From assembly GCF_001194135.2 (NCBI RefSeq), contig NC_068999.1, positions 23,359,931-23,396,877 on the forward strand: a stretch of 36,947 nt of DNA, in the 5' to 3' direction. Position numbers and translations under genes: made by a program. Positions 11,170 to 22,554 of the stretch are shown one piece after another. The notes beneath the pieces are model-generated. The model made no database searches, was not told where the DNA came from, and saw only the letters and a list, made by a program, of their open reading frames with translations. Position 1 is the stretch's first letter. Each line of letters starts with the position of its first letter. The stretch is from Octopus bimaculoides. Its lineage: Eukaryota.

Positions 11170-12640
11170 CAGTATGTGTTTTTACACTCAGATGTATCAC
11201 ATACGCTGCATTTACGTTCCATAACCCTTCCAGAAGTATATATGTTGAAAATAATACTTTAAAGAAAGGGAAAGTGATTAGTCTGCTCGAGAGAAATGTA
11301 TCAGAGATGATGAAGTAGAAATCAGAGAGATTAGTCTTAAGTTTAGGTGTGGCGTGGATTTGAGTCTTCTTGATATTCACTATTGGACCGAAGCAATCAT
11401 ATATACACAAGTGAAGATGTTGCCTGATTTCCAGAGTCTGACAGAGAACAGTATTATCATCTGCAGACTCAAGTTCTGAAATGAGTTGAATGTTGGTGAG
11501 ATGATGAGTTGGTGAGATGATGAGTTGGTGAGATGATGAGTTGGTGAGATGATGAGTTGGTGAGATGATGAAAACGGTATCCTATGTCAACACCTGGATT
11601 GTCAGAAGAAAAAGTATTGCACACAAATATAAAAAGAGCGTAAGTTCAAGAATATGTGTAAGTTCAATACACATATAATTTGGAACTTCTCAGAAATCTT
11701 GTTTTGATGAAAACAAAGCGTGATATACCGTAGTATAGAGCTTGAATTATTAACGTATAGTAGTTTCGACAGCCGAAACGTTGAACAACCATCTATATAG
11801 CATCACGTCGTACACATGCTTTTTCAAGATCGTGGAAGACAAGAAAGAGGAGTGTCTATTGCTTTCCGTTTTTTTCTTTGTTTATGTTTTTTTTTTTCTG
11901 CCGTTGTCTTACAGAAAATGTCATGTCTATTGTGCCACGAGAGACACGAGAATAGTACTGGGATTTAGGAAAAATCTTCTCTGCGAGGACCTGAAGGCTG
12001 TTTAGAAAGAGTCTTACAAATATTTTTCCTGCAATGGAGAATAATGATATCCACTGATAATTTGCACACAACTTTCGATCTTCTTTTCCTTGAAAACGTT
12101 AATATTAACTGCATCTTTAATGCCATATATGAGTAGGGAAGATACAGGACTGTTATACAAAATATGGACAAAAATAAAGTTGTAAAAAAGAAATAGGGTC
12201 GTCGTTAATAACTTATAAGTCCTTATATTATTAACGTAAGATCGGTAAAACACAAAGTCAACTCTAGCAAAACTGAAACTACAACATAAAGGGGGAATGG
12301 GGAGAACATTCAATAGTGTAACACCATTAATCATGGCCACTTGTACTGAAACCCACTTCTCGGTCTTCAATATACTTATTGTAATTCATGACAAGCATTC
12401 TTGTTCTTTATCTGACAACGAAACAATGAATATAGATTGGTTGTCATCATGGTCGTTGAACGTTAAACTTCACAGATACAGGGATAATTTCTATGACTAA
12501 CTATTGATAACATCTCCTATGATTATCTATTCAGTATATTATAATTATCTGTTCTATGTGAGGTTGCAAAGATTGCACTTCGGCTCTAGCAAACGTGCAT
12601 AGGTGTAGTTCAAGACACGAATGCAGCATGTCTGATAGAA
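11170..12640 (-). mobile_element. Old RTE-clade LINE, piece 4 of 4 (linker + RT domain), degenerate
   Basis: In order on the minus strand: ARAEVQ, LSDK, KDAV..FK, CANYQWISLFSIAGKIFVRLFLN.LQ.LAEKIFPKSQ..SRGTIDMTFSVRQ, PLFLVFHDLEKA, QRFGC, NPGVDIGYRF, ISELESADDN (YADD motif), FGPIVNIKKTQ. Confidence 0.88.
11492..11571 (+). repeat. 16-bp tandem repeat x5 (gttggtgagatgatga)
   Basis: Five identical units with no spacers, lying inside the RTE RT remnant. Confidence 0.95.
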
Positions 12641-12677
12641 ACTGAAGAACTGTGTGTGATACGTACTGAATAATTAA

Positions 12678-12747
<70 letters not shown>

Positions 12748-12882
12748 NNNNNNNNNNNNNNNNNNNNNNNNNNNNNNNNNNNNNNNNNNNNNNNNNNNNN
12801 NNNNNNNNNNNNNNNNNNNNNNNNNNNNNNNNNNNNNNNNNNNNNNNNNNNNNNNNNNNNNNNNNNNNNNNNNNNNNNNNNN

Positions 12883-12939
<57 letters not shown>

Positions 12940-13079
12940 ACGCATGTATATTGCCCAGCTCCTGAACTGACAATAATATTATTCATATATAGCTCTGCTG
13001 TCAATAGACTTAAAATCAAAAGCCAACAGACAACAAAAATAGAAAGGAAAAAACTGACAAAAAAACAATCTCTCCCCCC

Positions 13080-13115
<36 letters not shown>

Positions 13116-13179
13116 CTATCTATCTATCTATCTATCTATATCTCTTTGTAATGTATGAAGAATGGAATAAAGTGTACGC

Positions 13180-13545
13180 TATACAATACATCGCAAAGAA
13201 AATAAATAAATGCGCAAATACTTCTTATGAAAATTCTCATAGATTGCATTTTGCAAGAGATTTTTTTAGAGATAGAATTATAGTCTCACAGGACTTTAGT
13301 TTCACAGGATCAAATAGAAAGTGTACATGTAGCAAAGACCTCTCTTGCACTGGATTTTAATTTGATTTTATATTGCAGTTTATGAAAATGTCATGTTACA
13401 GGTCGGCATCAATAGTTGGATCTGAGATGAGTGAAATAAAATTGTCCTGAGGTAATGGTATATGGAAAATCTTGAACCAGTTGATGGTAGTGGGAGTTAG
13501 TTATTGGTTGCGAACAATCCTGACTATAACTGCAAAACCTACTTA
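13180..13545 (-). mobile_element. Old RTE-clade LINE, piece 3 of 4 (APE endonuclease middle)
   Basis: VGFAVIVRIVRNQ*LTPTTINWFKIFHIPLPQDNFISLISDPTIDAD matches the RTE APE pattern GVGFAI...INxRLMTLRIPL...LISAYAPTLDAD. Confidence 0.75.
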
Positions 13546-14688
13546 TTGCATTCAGATCTTATCGGTTTGGTTACCAGTATTTCAAAAATTAAAGATTACC
13601 GAAATTTTTTTAATTTGGCACAATAACTGAATTGCTGGAGTTATTTCATTTTTTCCAGAAAAATGTTTTAAAAAAGTTATAGAGGTTTAAAGTTTGATCA
13701 TTTTCACCCAGTCAGGAAACAAGATTTGGAAGCTGTCATTTTGTGCGTGACTGCACATTTTGTCGTCAATATCCTGAAAATAGCAAATGTCAAAATTTGT
13801 AAACAACACGTCTCATGTCTCCGGTAATTTTTTTTCATGTAAATAAATGTTTATGTTAATTCAAATAATTTATCCAAAAAATCTTTTTTAGCAGTTATTT
13901 TTAGCACACAACACAACCGCCTCAGTGCTCAATGACAAAAAGAAACGAGTAAACAAACATTTAAGCATTCAATATGCATTTAATGCAAATGCTATAAACA
14001 ATTCATTACAATTTTTAACAGAAAGATTTGGAAGAGTTAGATGAAAGCTCTCCGGTAATTTTCTTTCGTGTAAATCAAAGGTTCTCAACCCATTTTGGCC
14101 AAAGCCCCTTTTTGACCCTTGGAGTCACAAANNNNNNNNNNNNNNNNNNNNNNNNNNNNNNNNNNNNNNNNNNNNNNNNNNNNNNNNNNNNNNNNNNNNN
14201 NNNNNNNNNNNNNNNNNNNNNNNNNNNNNNNNNNNNNNNNNNNNNNNNNNNNNNNNNNNNNNNNNNNNNNNNNNNNNNNNNNNNNNNNNNNNNNNNNNNN
14301 NNNNNNNNNNNNNNNNNNNNNNNNNNNNNNNNNNNNNNNNNNNNNNNNNNNNNNNNNNNNNNNNNNNNNNNNNNNNNNNNNNNNNNNNNNNNNNNNNNNA
14401 GTTATTGTCACCCAGGAAGATGATTTTTTATGCTCAAGAAAGAGAGTGTATTTGATAGAAATTATTGAAATATGCATTTCAGATGAGTAGCAAAAAAAAA
14501 TCAGCCCCTTTTTAAAATGAAGTGAAAAATCTGAACGTTTGTCATTTTAATCATTCATTTCTTATTCATTTGAACCAAATAATTTATTGAGAAAAAAATT
14601 GACAAAAAGTTACAGACCTTTAAAACCCGAAAAACTGTTTATTTTAAGCCAATAATGAACTTTCGTTGTAGCGAATAGTGTCAACGTT

Positions 14689-14773
14689 AAGGTTGCACCC
14701 TGTATAAGGTTGCACCCTGTGTAAGGTTGTACCCTGTGTAAGGTTTTACTCTGTGTAAGGTTGTATCCTGTGT
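14689..14773 (+). repeat. 17-bp tandem repeat x5 (aaggttgcaccctgtgt consensus)
   Basis: Five contiguous, slightly diverged units inside the hAT element. Confidence 0.92.
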
Positions 14774-14908
14774 GACCTGTTCGTTGTAGGTTTTTAAATA
14801 AAGATTAAATACCTTATAAAGTCATGTTTTTATTTATTTATCTTTTTTTGTTATATTAATGCATTTGTCTGTATCTATTTGGGTAAATTTTTACAAGTGC
14901 ACCCGTAT

Positions 14909-14957
14909 TAGCAGCTATTTGCGATAAGGGCAGGTCCTTTATCGCAAATAGCTGTTA
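14909..14957 (+). repeat. 22-bp stem / 5-nt loop hairpin
   Basis: tagcagctatttgcgataaggg-caggt-cctttatcgcaaatagctgtta: 20 Watson-Crick pairs plus 2 G-U pairs on the + strand. Confidence 0.9.
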
Positions 14958-15144
14958 CGTGGTAGCAGAGCATGTTAGAAATAGCAGCCAAATCTTTCCT
15001 TTTCTGGATTCCGGGAAACTTCGAGGTTACCCACCACCCTCCCCCATTTCTTTTCCGAAAAAAAAAAAGAGTCTTGCGGCGGGTTTAGTGGTCAGATACG
15101 TTGAATGCATGTAAAAAGTCTGAGGTTTTTCTTTTTTTTTCTTC

Positions 15145-15357
15145 TTGTCCTTACTGACAAGCGTTCATTATATCCATTGCGAGTGCACCACTAGTACAAG
15201 TTCACACGAACCACTTTCTTAGTCATATTGTGCCTAGATTTACTACACTTTTTACTTTAGGGATAACACCCTTTTCTTCGAAATAATATGCAGCATCTAC
15301 TTCTGTTTTCAATATCTCCTTCAGACTGGTACAGTTAAATGACTTGGATGCGGCCAT
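15145..15357 (-). pseudogene. Merlin/ISXO2-like transposase N-terminal (zinc-ribbon) fragment
   Basis: MAASKSFNCTSLKEILKTEVDAAYYFEEKGVIPKVKKCSKSRHNM...LY*WCTRNGYNERLSVRT fits the CxxCxxxM...WRCxxxxC...SIR pattern of Merlin transposases. The DDE core is not present. Confidence 0.6.
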
Positions 15358-16666
15358 TCTAGGCTTTTACCAACAAGCAAAAAGTAAACACAGAAAAACT
15401 TCACGAAAGGCGAAAAAAATTATAAAAACACAGAAAAACTTCACGAAATATATGTAAGATACTACGAAAATTCACGAAAAATACCGAAAATAAAATTCTA
15501 ATTGATATAAGCACAGGTAATGTACATTTTATAAAGTTTTCACAAAGATTACAAAATCGAAACGTACAGAGACCACGTGCAGACGAGAAGGTTCAGCACA
15601 GTGTGGCAAAATAGAAGATATAAGTCGTCATATGTTGCTATGGTAACCAGCTGCTAATGCTTCGCTGTCTGTTGATTGGCTAAAATTACACAAAGTTTCC
15701 AACTTTATTTCCAAATAACACCAGATTCTTTAATTTACGAGATAAAGTAATTGGTTAAATGTAATCAAGATTCGAACACCATCCATAGCCCAAATTTGAA
15801 AACAATCTGAGCAAAATTAAAGGAGGCTAATTTTGTGACTCAAACTAACTAGATTCTCTTTTTAAACTGACTGTCGCAGAGATGTGAAAACATGGCTACT
15901 ACTCGTTAACTTCAAATTAATTTTACCAAAGTTGAGGGTCTTCTAGTGCCTTCAAGTCTCTTAACGCCCCCCCCCCCCCAGCGCTACTTTGCTCCAAAAC
16001 ACCCTTCGAACTCCAAATAGCCCCCGGGGATGGGGCATATGGCCTCCGTTGAGAACCTCTGATGTAAATTAATGTTTATGTTAATTCAAAAATTTACCTG
16101 CAAAATCTTATAAAATGACAATCTTCCAAAAGATGTACATATTTATTTGTTATATATATAAAAATAAGAGTGAACAAAATATGCTTAAAAAACAAATATT
16201 CAAGCATTAAGAAACAAACATTTAACTTTCAGTTTTAATTTTTGAAATATCCTCCTCTGTTTTCAATGTTTCCATAATAGAAGCGAAGTTACTGGAGCTT
16301 GCTGTCATGATCACACTGAACACAGCGTCAAATTTGTCAACACGTTCTTCCTCGCAGAGAAAAGACTTTTCAAAGACTGCTCGGATTCGCTTGTTAGTAT
16401 AGCAATAGGCACGTTGAGAGACAAAAGAGTTCTCATACTCCGCTTCTTACTATCGAAACAGGCATGAATGTGCCCGTGGTTTACGATTGGCTAAAATTAC
16501 CAAAATTTTCAAATTTTAATTGCTGATAACTCTTTATTTATTGATTTATAGCGAAAATTACTTTCACGTCATTGGTTAGTCTATAAAAGTGTATCATTAC
16601 ACTGAATATGAAATCAATTCGAACAGAATTGATGCTGGCAGCCAAACCGAGAAGTTCTTTGCATTC

Positions 16667-16835
16667 TTTTACCTCCTTCCTCTTTCCTCTCCCATTCACA
16701 AAAATGTAGCCGAAACCTGCTATCTCTACAATTTTTCCTTCTGAGAGTAATATCTCACTCATGGCAGAAATATCTCGTCTTTCAATGATGATAAGTTCAA
16801 GAACTGTTCTTACGTTCCATGTTCAAAACATTAGG
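16667..16835 (-). mobile_element. Old RTE-clade LINE, piece 2 of 4 (APE N-terminus)
   Basis: LMF*TWNVRTVLE...DISAMSEILLSEGKIVEIAGFGYIF.NGR corresponds to TWNVRT...ALSETRL..G.L.E.G.GYTFFW.G. Confidence 0.85.
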
Positions 16836-16840
16836 TTGAC

Positions 16841-17222
16841 TTATTACCTCTGCCTTCGCTAAGGCGGAGGTATTGTTTTCCGTCGTGTTTGTTTGATAGT
16901 TCATGAACAAGATATCTCAAGAACCGCTGGATGGATTCGGATGAAACTTTCAAGGATGTTTGACCTCGCGACTGGCAGGAACTGATTAGAGTTTGGGATC
17001 GATCCAGTATCGGACAAGGATTCTGGATTATTTTTCCTGTTTTTTTTTTCCATTTTACTTAATTTTTAAGCGCGGTTGGGTTCATTTTTAGTGTTTTCGT
17101 TTGTGAGAGCAGTCGAGTTTATTCAGATATTCTCATTTTAAAAATCATCTCTGGTTAATCGTTGAGAGGACGTTGGTATTGACTTGGCGGAGGTTTTCGC
17201 TCACTGAGTGCTCTTGCTTAGT
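16841..17222 (+). mobile_element. Helentron-associated non-autonomous element (HINE-like)
   Basis: 5' ttattacctctgcc-ttcgcta-aggcggaggt hairpin, 3' sub-terminal ggcggagg, a short palindrome cgctcactgagtg, and an end ...cttag followed by a T-run; inserted at TT inside the RTE ORF start. Confidence 0.72.
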
Positions 17223-17520
17223 TTTCTTAAGGTTTTGACCGCTTAAAGAGTGACCCGCTGAGTACGGTTGCCCAGCCAGGTATCGAAAAGTGGCTTCCGA
17301 TTTTTAGCCCATATTTTCTTTCTTTATGTCTTTCTCCGTTTGTGGTGGACAGTAGCATTCCTAAATAGAGCTGCTCTGACATAGAAGTAAGACCAGAACT
17401 CCCTAACAGTCACTGGGACTTGAGGAAGTGGCTGTTGCACATCTGCAACCAATGCATAAGTCTAGGCAAGAAATCTTTAGCAACATTGAATCTGCTTCTA
17501 CCGTCCTTAAGCCGTTGCTG
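17223..17520 (-). mobile_element. Old RTE-clade LINE, piece 1 of 4 (probable ORF start and 5' UTR)
   Basis: Reverse complement reads ...ctgggcaaccgtactcagcgggtcactc..gcggtcaaaaccttaagaaaa (GQNLKK), similar to the start of the plus-strand RTE (tgtggtcaaac...aagaaaaag at ~31076). The far UTR boundary is a guess. Confidence 0.45.
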
Positions 17521-19350
17521 TGGGACTTTTCAAATAAAATAAAATAAAATAAAAATAAATAAACATAAATATAAAATTGCTCCAAAACTGACTGAAATGT
17601 TGAAGGGAATATCAGTGGGAAGAAATGTCGATAGCGTAGATTTGTTTACGGTAGATCTCATCTTGCCAGAAAGTGACACACACATATAGATGCAGAACCA
17701 TCCTNNNNNNNNNNNNNNNNNNNNNNNNNNNNNNNNNNNNNNNNNNNNNNNNNNNNNNNNNNNNNNNNNNNNNNNNNNNNNNNNNNNNNNNNNNNNNNNN
17801 NNNNNNNNNNNNNNNNNNNNNNNNNNNNNNNNNNNNNNNNNNNNNNNNNNNNNNNNNNNNNNNNNNNNNNNNNNNNNNNNNNNNNNNNNNNNNNNNNNNN
17901 NNNNNNNNNNNNNNNNNNNNNNNNNNNNNNNNNNNNNNNNNNNNNNNNNNNNNNNNNNNNNNNNNNNNNNNNNNNNNNNNNNNNNNNNNNNNNNNNNNNN
18001 NNNNNNNNNNNNNNNNNNNNNNNNNNNNNNNNNNNNNNNNNNNNNNNNNNATATATATATATATATATATATAGAACAAAACAAAACAGGAAATTGGAAA
18101 TTGTTTGGTACTATTTATTCTCCATTCTACGTGTTTCATTTGCTAATAGTAATTTGACATGTTATATACACATGTAAGGAAGTTTCTACTAGAAATTCTT
18201 CAAACAGCTAAATTAAATAATATATAATAATACATAAATATATATGATTTAATTTCTTTCTGAAAAATTTTTAATAGGAAATTCCTTACATGTCTATCCA
18301 ACATGTAACGCTTTGTAATCCCTATTAGTAAATGAAACACGTGTAATGGTGAATAAATACCAAAAAATACCTATTTTGTTATACAATACCTCAGCATATA
18401 TTTCCCTAATTCTAAGTTTTAATCTGTATTTAAATATTGTGGTTACATATTGATTGTAGTAATGGAATAAGCAGATGTGCTTCAAGAGGAAACAGCTGGG
18501 ATACATCCAAACTACCTACCTACTTACCTACACATACACACACACACACATACACACACACACACATACACACACATACACACGCACGCACTGGAAAAGA
18601 ACGATTGAATTTAACAATGGGCGATTGCTACTTTATTTTATCAAGCATTAGTTTTCCACAATTTTTTATCTCCTTAATTGTGCAAGAAAAATTATCTTTC
18701 AAAGGTCTCGATAAGTGGGTCAGTGTGTCCTTGTGATATGACTGAATGCTATTATATTACTATAGATTTTCAATAGATACTTTTTATTACAGTTAGGTAT
18801 AAATCGGTGTAGTAGGCATTTTGATATGATGTCCAGTAGTAAAGTGTTAAACTTGATCATGTTTTAATGCAGATTTATTTTACCCCTTTTTTTAATCGTG
18901 TGAGTAGGTTCTCTCTACCTTTACAAATCCTTTGCTTGTCCCCGCTCCAGCCTGAAACTCCTTTGTTCTTACTCACATTTTAGTGGAATATACATAATAC
19001 AATATAAGTCAAGTCTGCCTAATATACCAACAGATATGCATAAAGAAAAACAGTTGCCTATTTGTAGTTATTCCTTGCCTTCGGACAATGATGAAATTTT
19101 CCTCAAAGCATGTAAATTAACTTCGTGAAAAATTATTTCATTTTTTCTCTGCGAGTTGCTTACAATTGTCGCATAGGCTTTTCGTTTCCTTTCGCCTGCC
19201 AAGCGAGAAATTTCAGTTACTGTATTTGATGACATTGAAGACGTACAAGCATATTAGACACACCCAAATTTCAAAACCGCATATTCAGGAAAACAAAGCA
19301 AAACAAAATGGTATTAGTGCATTAAAGCATGTAATATTTAAAACAACCTA

Positions 19351-19570
19351 AGGCAGCGAGCTGGCAGAACCGTTAGTATACCGGGCAAAATGCTCAGCGG
19401 CATTTGTTCCGTCTCTACATTCAGAATTCAAATTCTACCGAGGTAGACTTACCCTTTTATCCTTTCGGGATCGATAAAATAAGTACCAGTTTAGCCCTGG
19501 GATTGATGCTATCGACTTACACCTCTTCCTCGGAATTATTGGCCTTGTGCCAAAATTTGAAATCGATATT
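19351..19570 (+). mobile_element. tRNA-derived SINE (octopus-type)
   Basis: ggcagcgagctggcagaa (A-box-like), agaattcaaattct (degenerate B-box), core cctttcgggatcgataaaataagtaccag, tail ggccttgtgccaaaatttgaaa. Recognised as a common octopus SINE pattern. Confidence 0.7.
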
Positions 19571-20276
19571 TAAAAAAAAGAATCTTGCACATAGGATCCG
19601 GGGTAATTTTTAAGACTTATTTAAGGGGGAAGGGGGATGCGTCTTATATGCCATCAAATACAGTAATTAGGAGTTATCTTATGAATGGTACGACTTTTTG
19701 ACTTATTGATGTTATTTTATAGATTTGTGTCCTAGCATGTTATAATATGATTTGGTGTGTAGATATTATTTTATTGTGTACTCGCGAGAGATTATTTTAT
19801 CGCATAATCCTCTTCCATGAGTAACATATTACTTATGTCGCGTACTTATAAGGTATCGTACTGACCTCTAAACTTAGGTGATAATTAACTATGTATTGTA
19901 ATTAAAGACAATCCTTTCAGAAATTAAACACTCCTCACTGTAGTGTCTCCGCAATGACATTATAGTTAGAACTATATAGTTTCTTAACGATTGTCAGAGC
20001 ATTGAACGGTTGAATGACAGGCTAATCATCCCCGCTCTTCTTTCTCTTTCCCCTTCTCCTTGTCTATGAAAGAATGCTAATTTACTGCAGATAACTTACG
20101 CCAGATGATCAAGAACTTTTCCCTTTACTCTAAACTTAAGCGAGTAGAAGTGTCTTTCCTAGAGACACAACTAAAAGATCGTAATGATGTATGAACGAAC
20201 GACCCTTTAATCGAATGTCCGGTGCCTTCATCACTCGGTCATTTTGCTTATATTTTCATATTGAAGATCTAATTAG

Positions 20277-20277
<1 letters not shown>

Positions 20278-20328
<51 letters not shown>
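20278..20328. repeat. (ATT)n microsatellite
   Basis: Direct reading. Confidence 0.95.
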
Positions 20329-21715
20329 GTTTTTGCTGTCATGGAACTACACCAGCTAAAGTCACAATCCCCCTCCCGCCCAACATATCGGCTGTTACTA
20401 TTGTCTCGCAGTGACCATGCTTACAATGTTTGATGTGGGAATGAATAAAGACGAGGTCGCGTTTTTGATAACAATGACACCTGTACTTGTAATAATGTAT
20501 TATTTAATCACGACGATATATTTGTTCTCTGATAAAACGTCTGATTGATGTAACGACTTTATCATTGTTGAATTCATGTCAAATTCAGTTTACATGGCAA
20601 CATCAAAAGTAGCTTGATAATGACTGGTGTACAACTATGACGCAATTAACTAAACATTCGACACACAAGCATTACACGGCATCTAAAATTGATTATACAA
20701 AATAGCTGTCATAAATACCGTGTCATGCTTGACCGTTTTACAGACGACATCATGTTCTAGCATTCATTATTGCTGTTATGGTTTAGCCCTTTAGCTCCTT
20801 GTCAGACCTGATGAAGCAGAACTAGCATCAAAAGCATTCCAGCCGGGACTATTCTGTTTTCTTTTCAGGCATTATCTTGAATATTATTCAACCTATCCTT
20901 TTAATAAATTAGAATGCGCTTGAGATAATTTGGATACTATTTGTAGCGTGTCGAGCGACCATGTAGATGTTCCCTCGTTGGTTTATAACCATGTTGTTGT
21001 TGATGCTACTGTTATTGTTGTGTAGCCGCAGGTCAGACGGCAACCAGAAAACCAATGCTCAAAAGTATTTTAGCTTTGATGAATGCGTCATGATTCCAGA
21101 TATTGCGTCTAGGATCATATTATGTAAGTGTATTATTTTCTTAAGAAGGAAAACGGCGTTATTTGAGGGATGTTTGTCTGTTGTTAGTAGTATTGTGGAA
21201 GTGGTTTAACTGCAAGTCACTCCTGATTGTACTGATGTATAATTAAAGACATTCCATTCGTGACACTCCTGTCTTTTCGTCTGATATAGTGCACTTATGG
21301 ATACATTGTTGAGTATGCTCTTTTCTTTTCTTCAGACGAAACGTGATGTGAGGGAGTTTGGTTGATATTTTCAGCGAATTCCCAGAGGAAGCATTGATAA
21401 CCTTTTTCGAGAAGCGGGCTGCATGAGACATGGCTCATCATCAGCCAGGCCGCACTACTAAAATATTGAAGGTAACTTTTCATTTGGTGTGCTATTCAGA
21501 AAGTTCTACTGGTTGCATGCAACCAGTAAGACTTTCCTCGTTGGGTTGTGTTGTTGTTGCTTTAGTCAAGACTTATGACTCTACAAAATGATCCATAGAT
21601 AACAACCAATAAAGTGATACAGCGTTATATCTTGAAAAAGCGTGAACGGTCAAATCGACCGGTTATGGGACAATCGATGAGCAGGTTGGCTGTTTTCGAC
21701 TTGTCATTGTCATTG

Positions 21716-21827
21716 AGTCCATAGCAGAAAAACTTGATATTCAAACAGCCCGTAGCTGAAAAACTCGATATTCAAACAGCTCAGTCCATAGCTGAAAAAC
21801 TTGATATTCAAACAGCCCAGTCCACAG
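21716..21827 (+). repeat. ~36-bp tandem repeat x3
   Basis: agtccatagc(a/t)gaaaaacttgatattcaaacagccc; the middle unit is shortened by about 5 nt and a partial fourth unit follows. Confidence 0.85.
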
Positions 21828-22109
21828 ATTTGAAACAGGTATTGTCAGGCTGTAAGTTACAACGGCACTTAGAAATTGTGAATTCTGGGAATTATAATGG
21901 CGGGTAAAGACATTTCCAGTCCTACTTATACTTACGCTAAATCTTTAGCGTTGTGCCAATAACTTAATGAGTTATGAAAAAACGATTTATTTCGGTGATT
22001 CAGAAATCCCTCTAGGATTTAAATGATATATAAAATTTTTATTTGGTTATACCTTTGCATTTCTATATTTTTAATATTTTTGCTAAATATATATATATAT
22101 ATATATACA

Positions 22110-22149
<40 letters not shown>

Positions 22150-22446
22150 CGTGTATATATATATATATCCTTGTTGTCGGCTTTATTTCGTATCTGAGAA
22201 TTTATTTTCTTCTTTGCTCAAAGCTTCCTTTATGGTGATGTCGTTGGCGATTCTGTAGACCAATTATTGCATTGCAGAGTCGATGGCATTGACTGCATGG
22301 TGATGTTGGTGAAAGACGAGTTTGATTTTGTTGAGCCTTTCTCTCCTGTCATTTGATTTCTTCCTTTTCTCTTCTGGTGGCTTCGAAGTTTTTGGTTCCG
22401 ATGGTTATGGAACTCCGCCACTTAGTAACACTCTCGTATGTGTGTG

Positions 22447-22520
<74 letters not shown>

Positions 22521-22554
22521 TGTATTATATATATACATATAATAGACACGCATG

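Larger units (their letters stand above)
14076..16061. mobile_element. Non-autonomous hAT (Charlie-like) element
   Basis: TIRs caaaggttctcaac (14076) and gttgagaacctctg (ending 16061). 8-bp TSD gtgtaaat/atgtaaat with central TA. A paralogous empty site at ~13819-13865 carries atgtaaat only once. Confidence 0.85.
13554..16658 (-). mobile_element. Non-autonomous Merlin-like DNA transposon carrying a nested hAT element
   Basis: Perfect 8-bp TSD ttgcattc at 13546-13553 and 16659-16666. 25-bp TIRs agatcttatcggtttggttaccagt versus agaacttctcggtttggctgccagc (20/25 identical). Removing the element rejoins the RTE APE. A short N-terminal remnant MTASSSNFASIMETLKTEED (ATG at 16308, minus) resembles the longer Merlin-like fragment at 15357. 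The Merlin assignment rests on the 8-bp TSD, GGNRM-like TIR start and these remnants. Confidence 0.75.

Noticed and set aside
11492-11571. CRISPR-like arrays (this and the 17-bp and 36-bp repeats)
   Set aside because: Contiguous units with no unique spacers, eukaryotic context and no cas genes.
19639-19665. pogo/Tc1-like right TIR (gcgtcttatatgccatcaaatacagta)
   Set aside because: No matching left TIR found in the window, so an element cannot be delimited.
20808-20870. CTGATGA as another hammerhead
   Set aside because: No helix II closing onto GAAA downstream.
21336-21471. Candidate exon with strong polypyrimidine acceptor and aag/gtaact donor
   Set aside because: Stops in all three frames; at most noncoding, and unsupported without transcript data.
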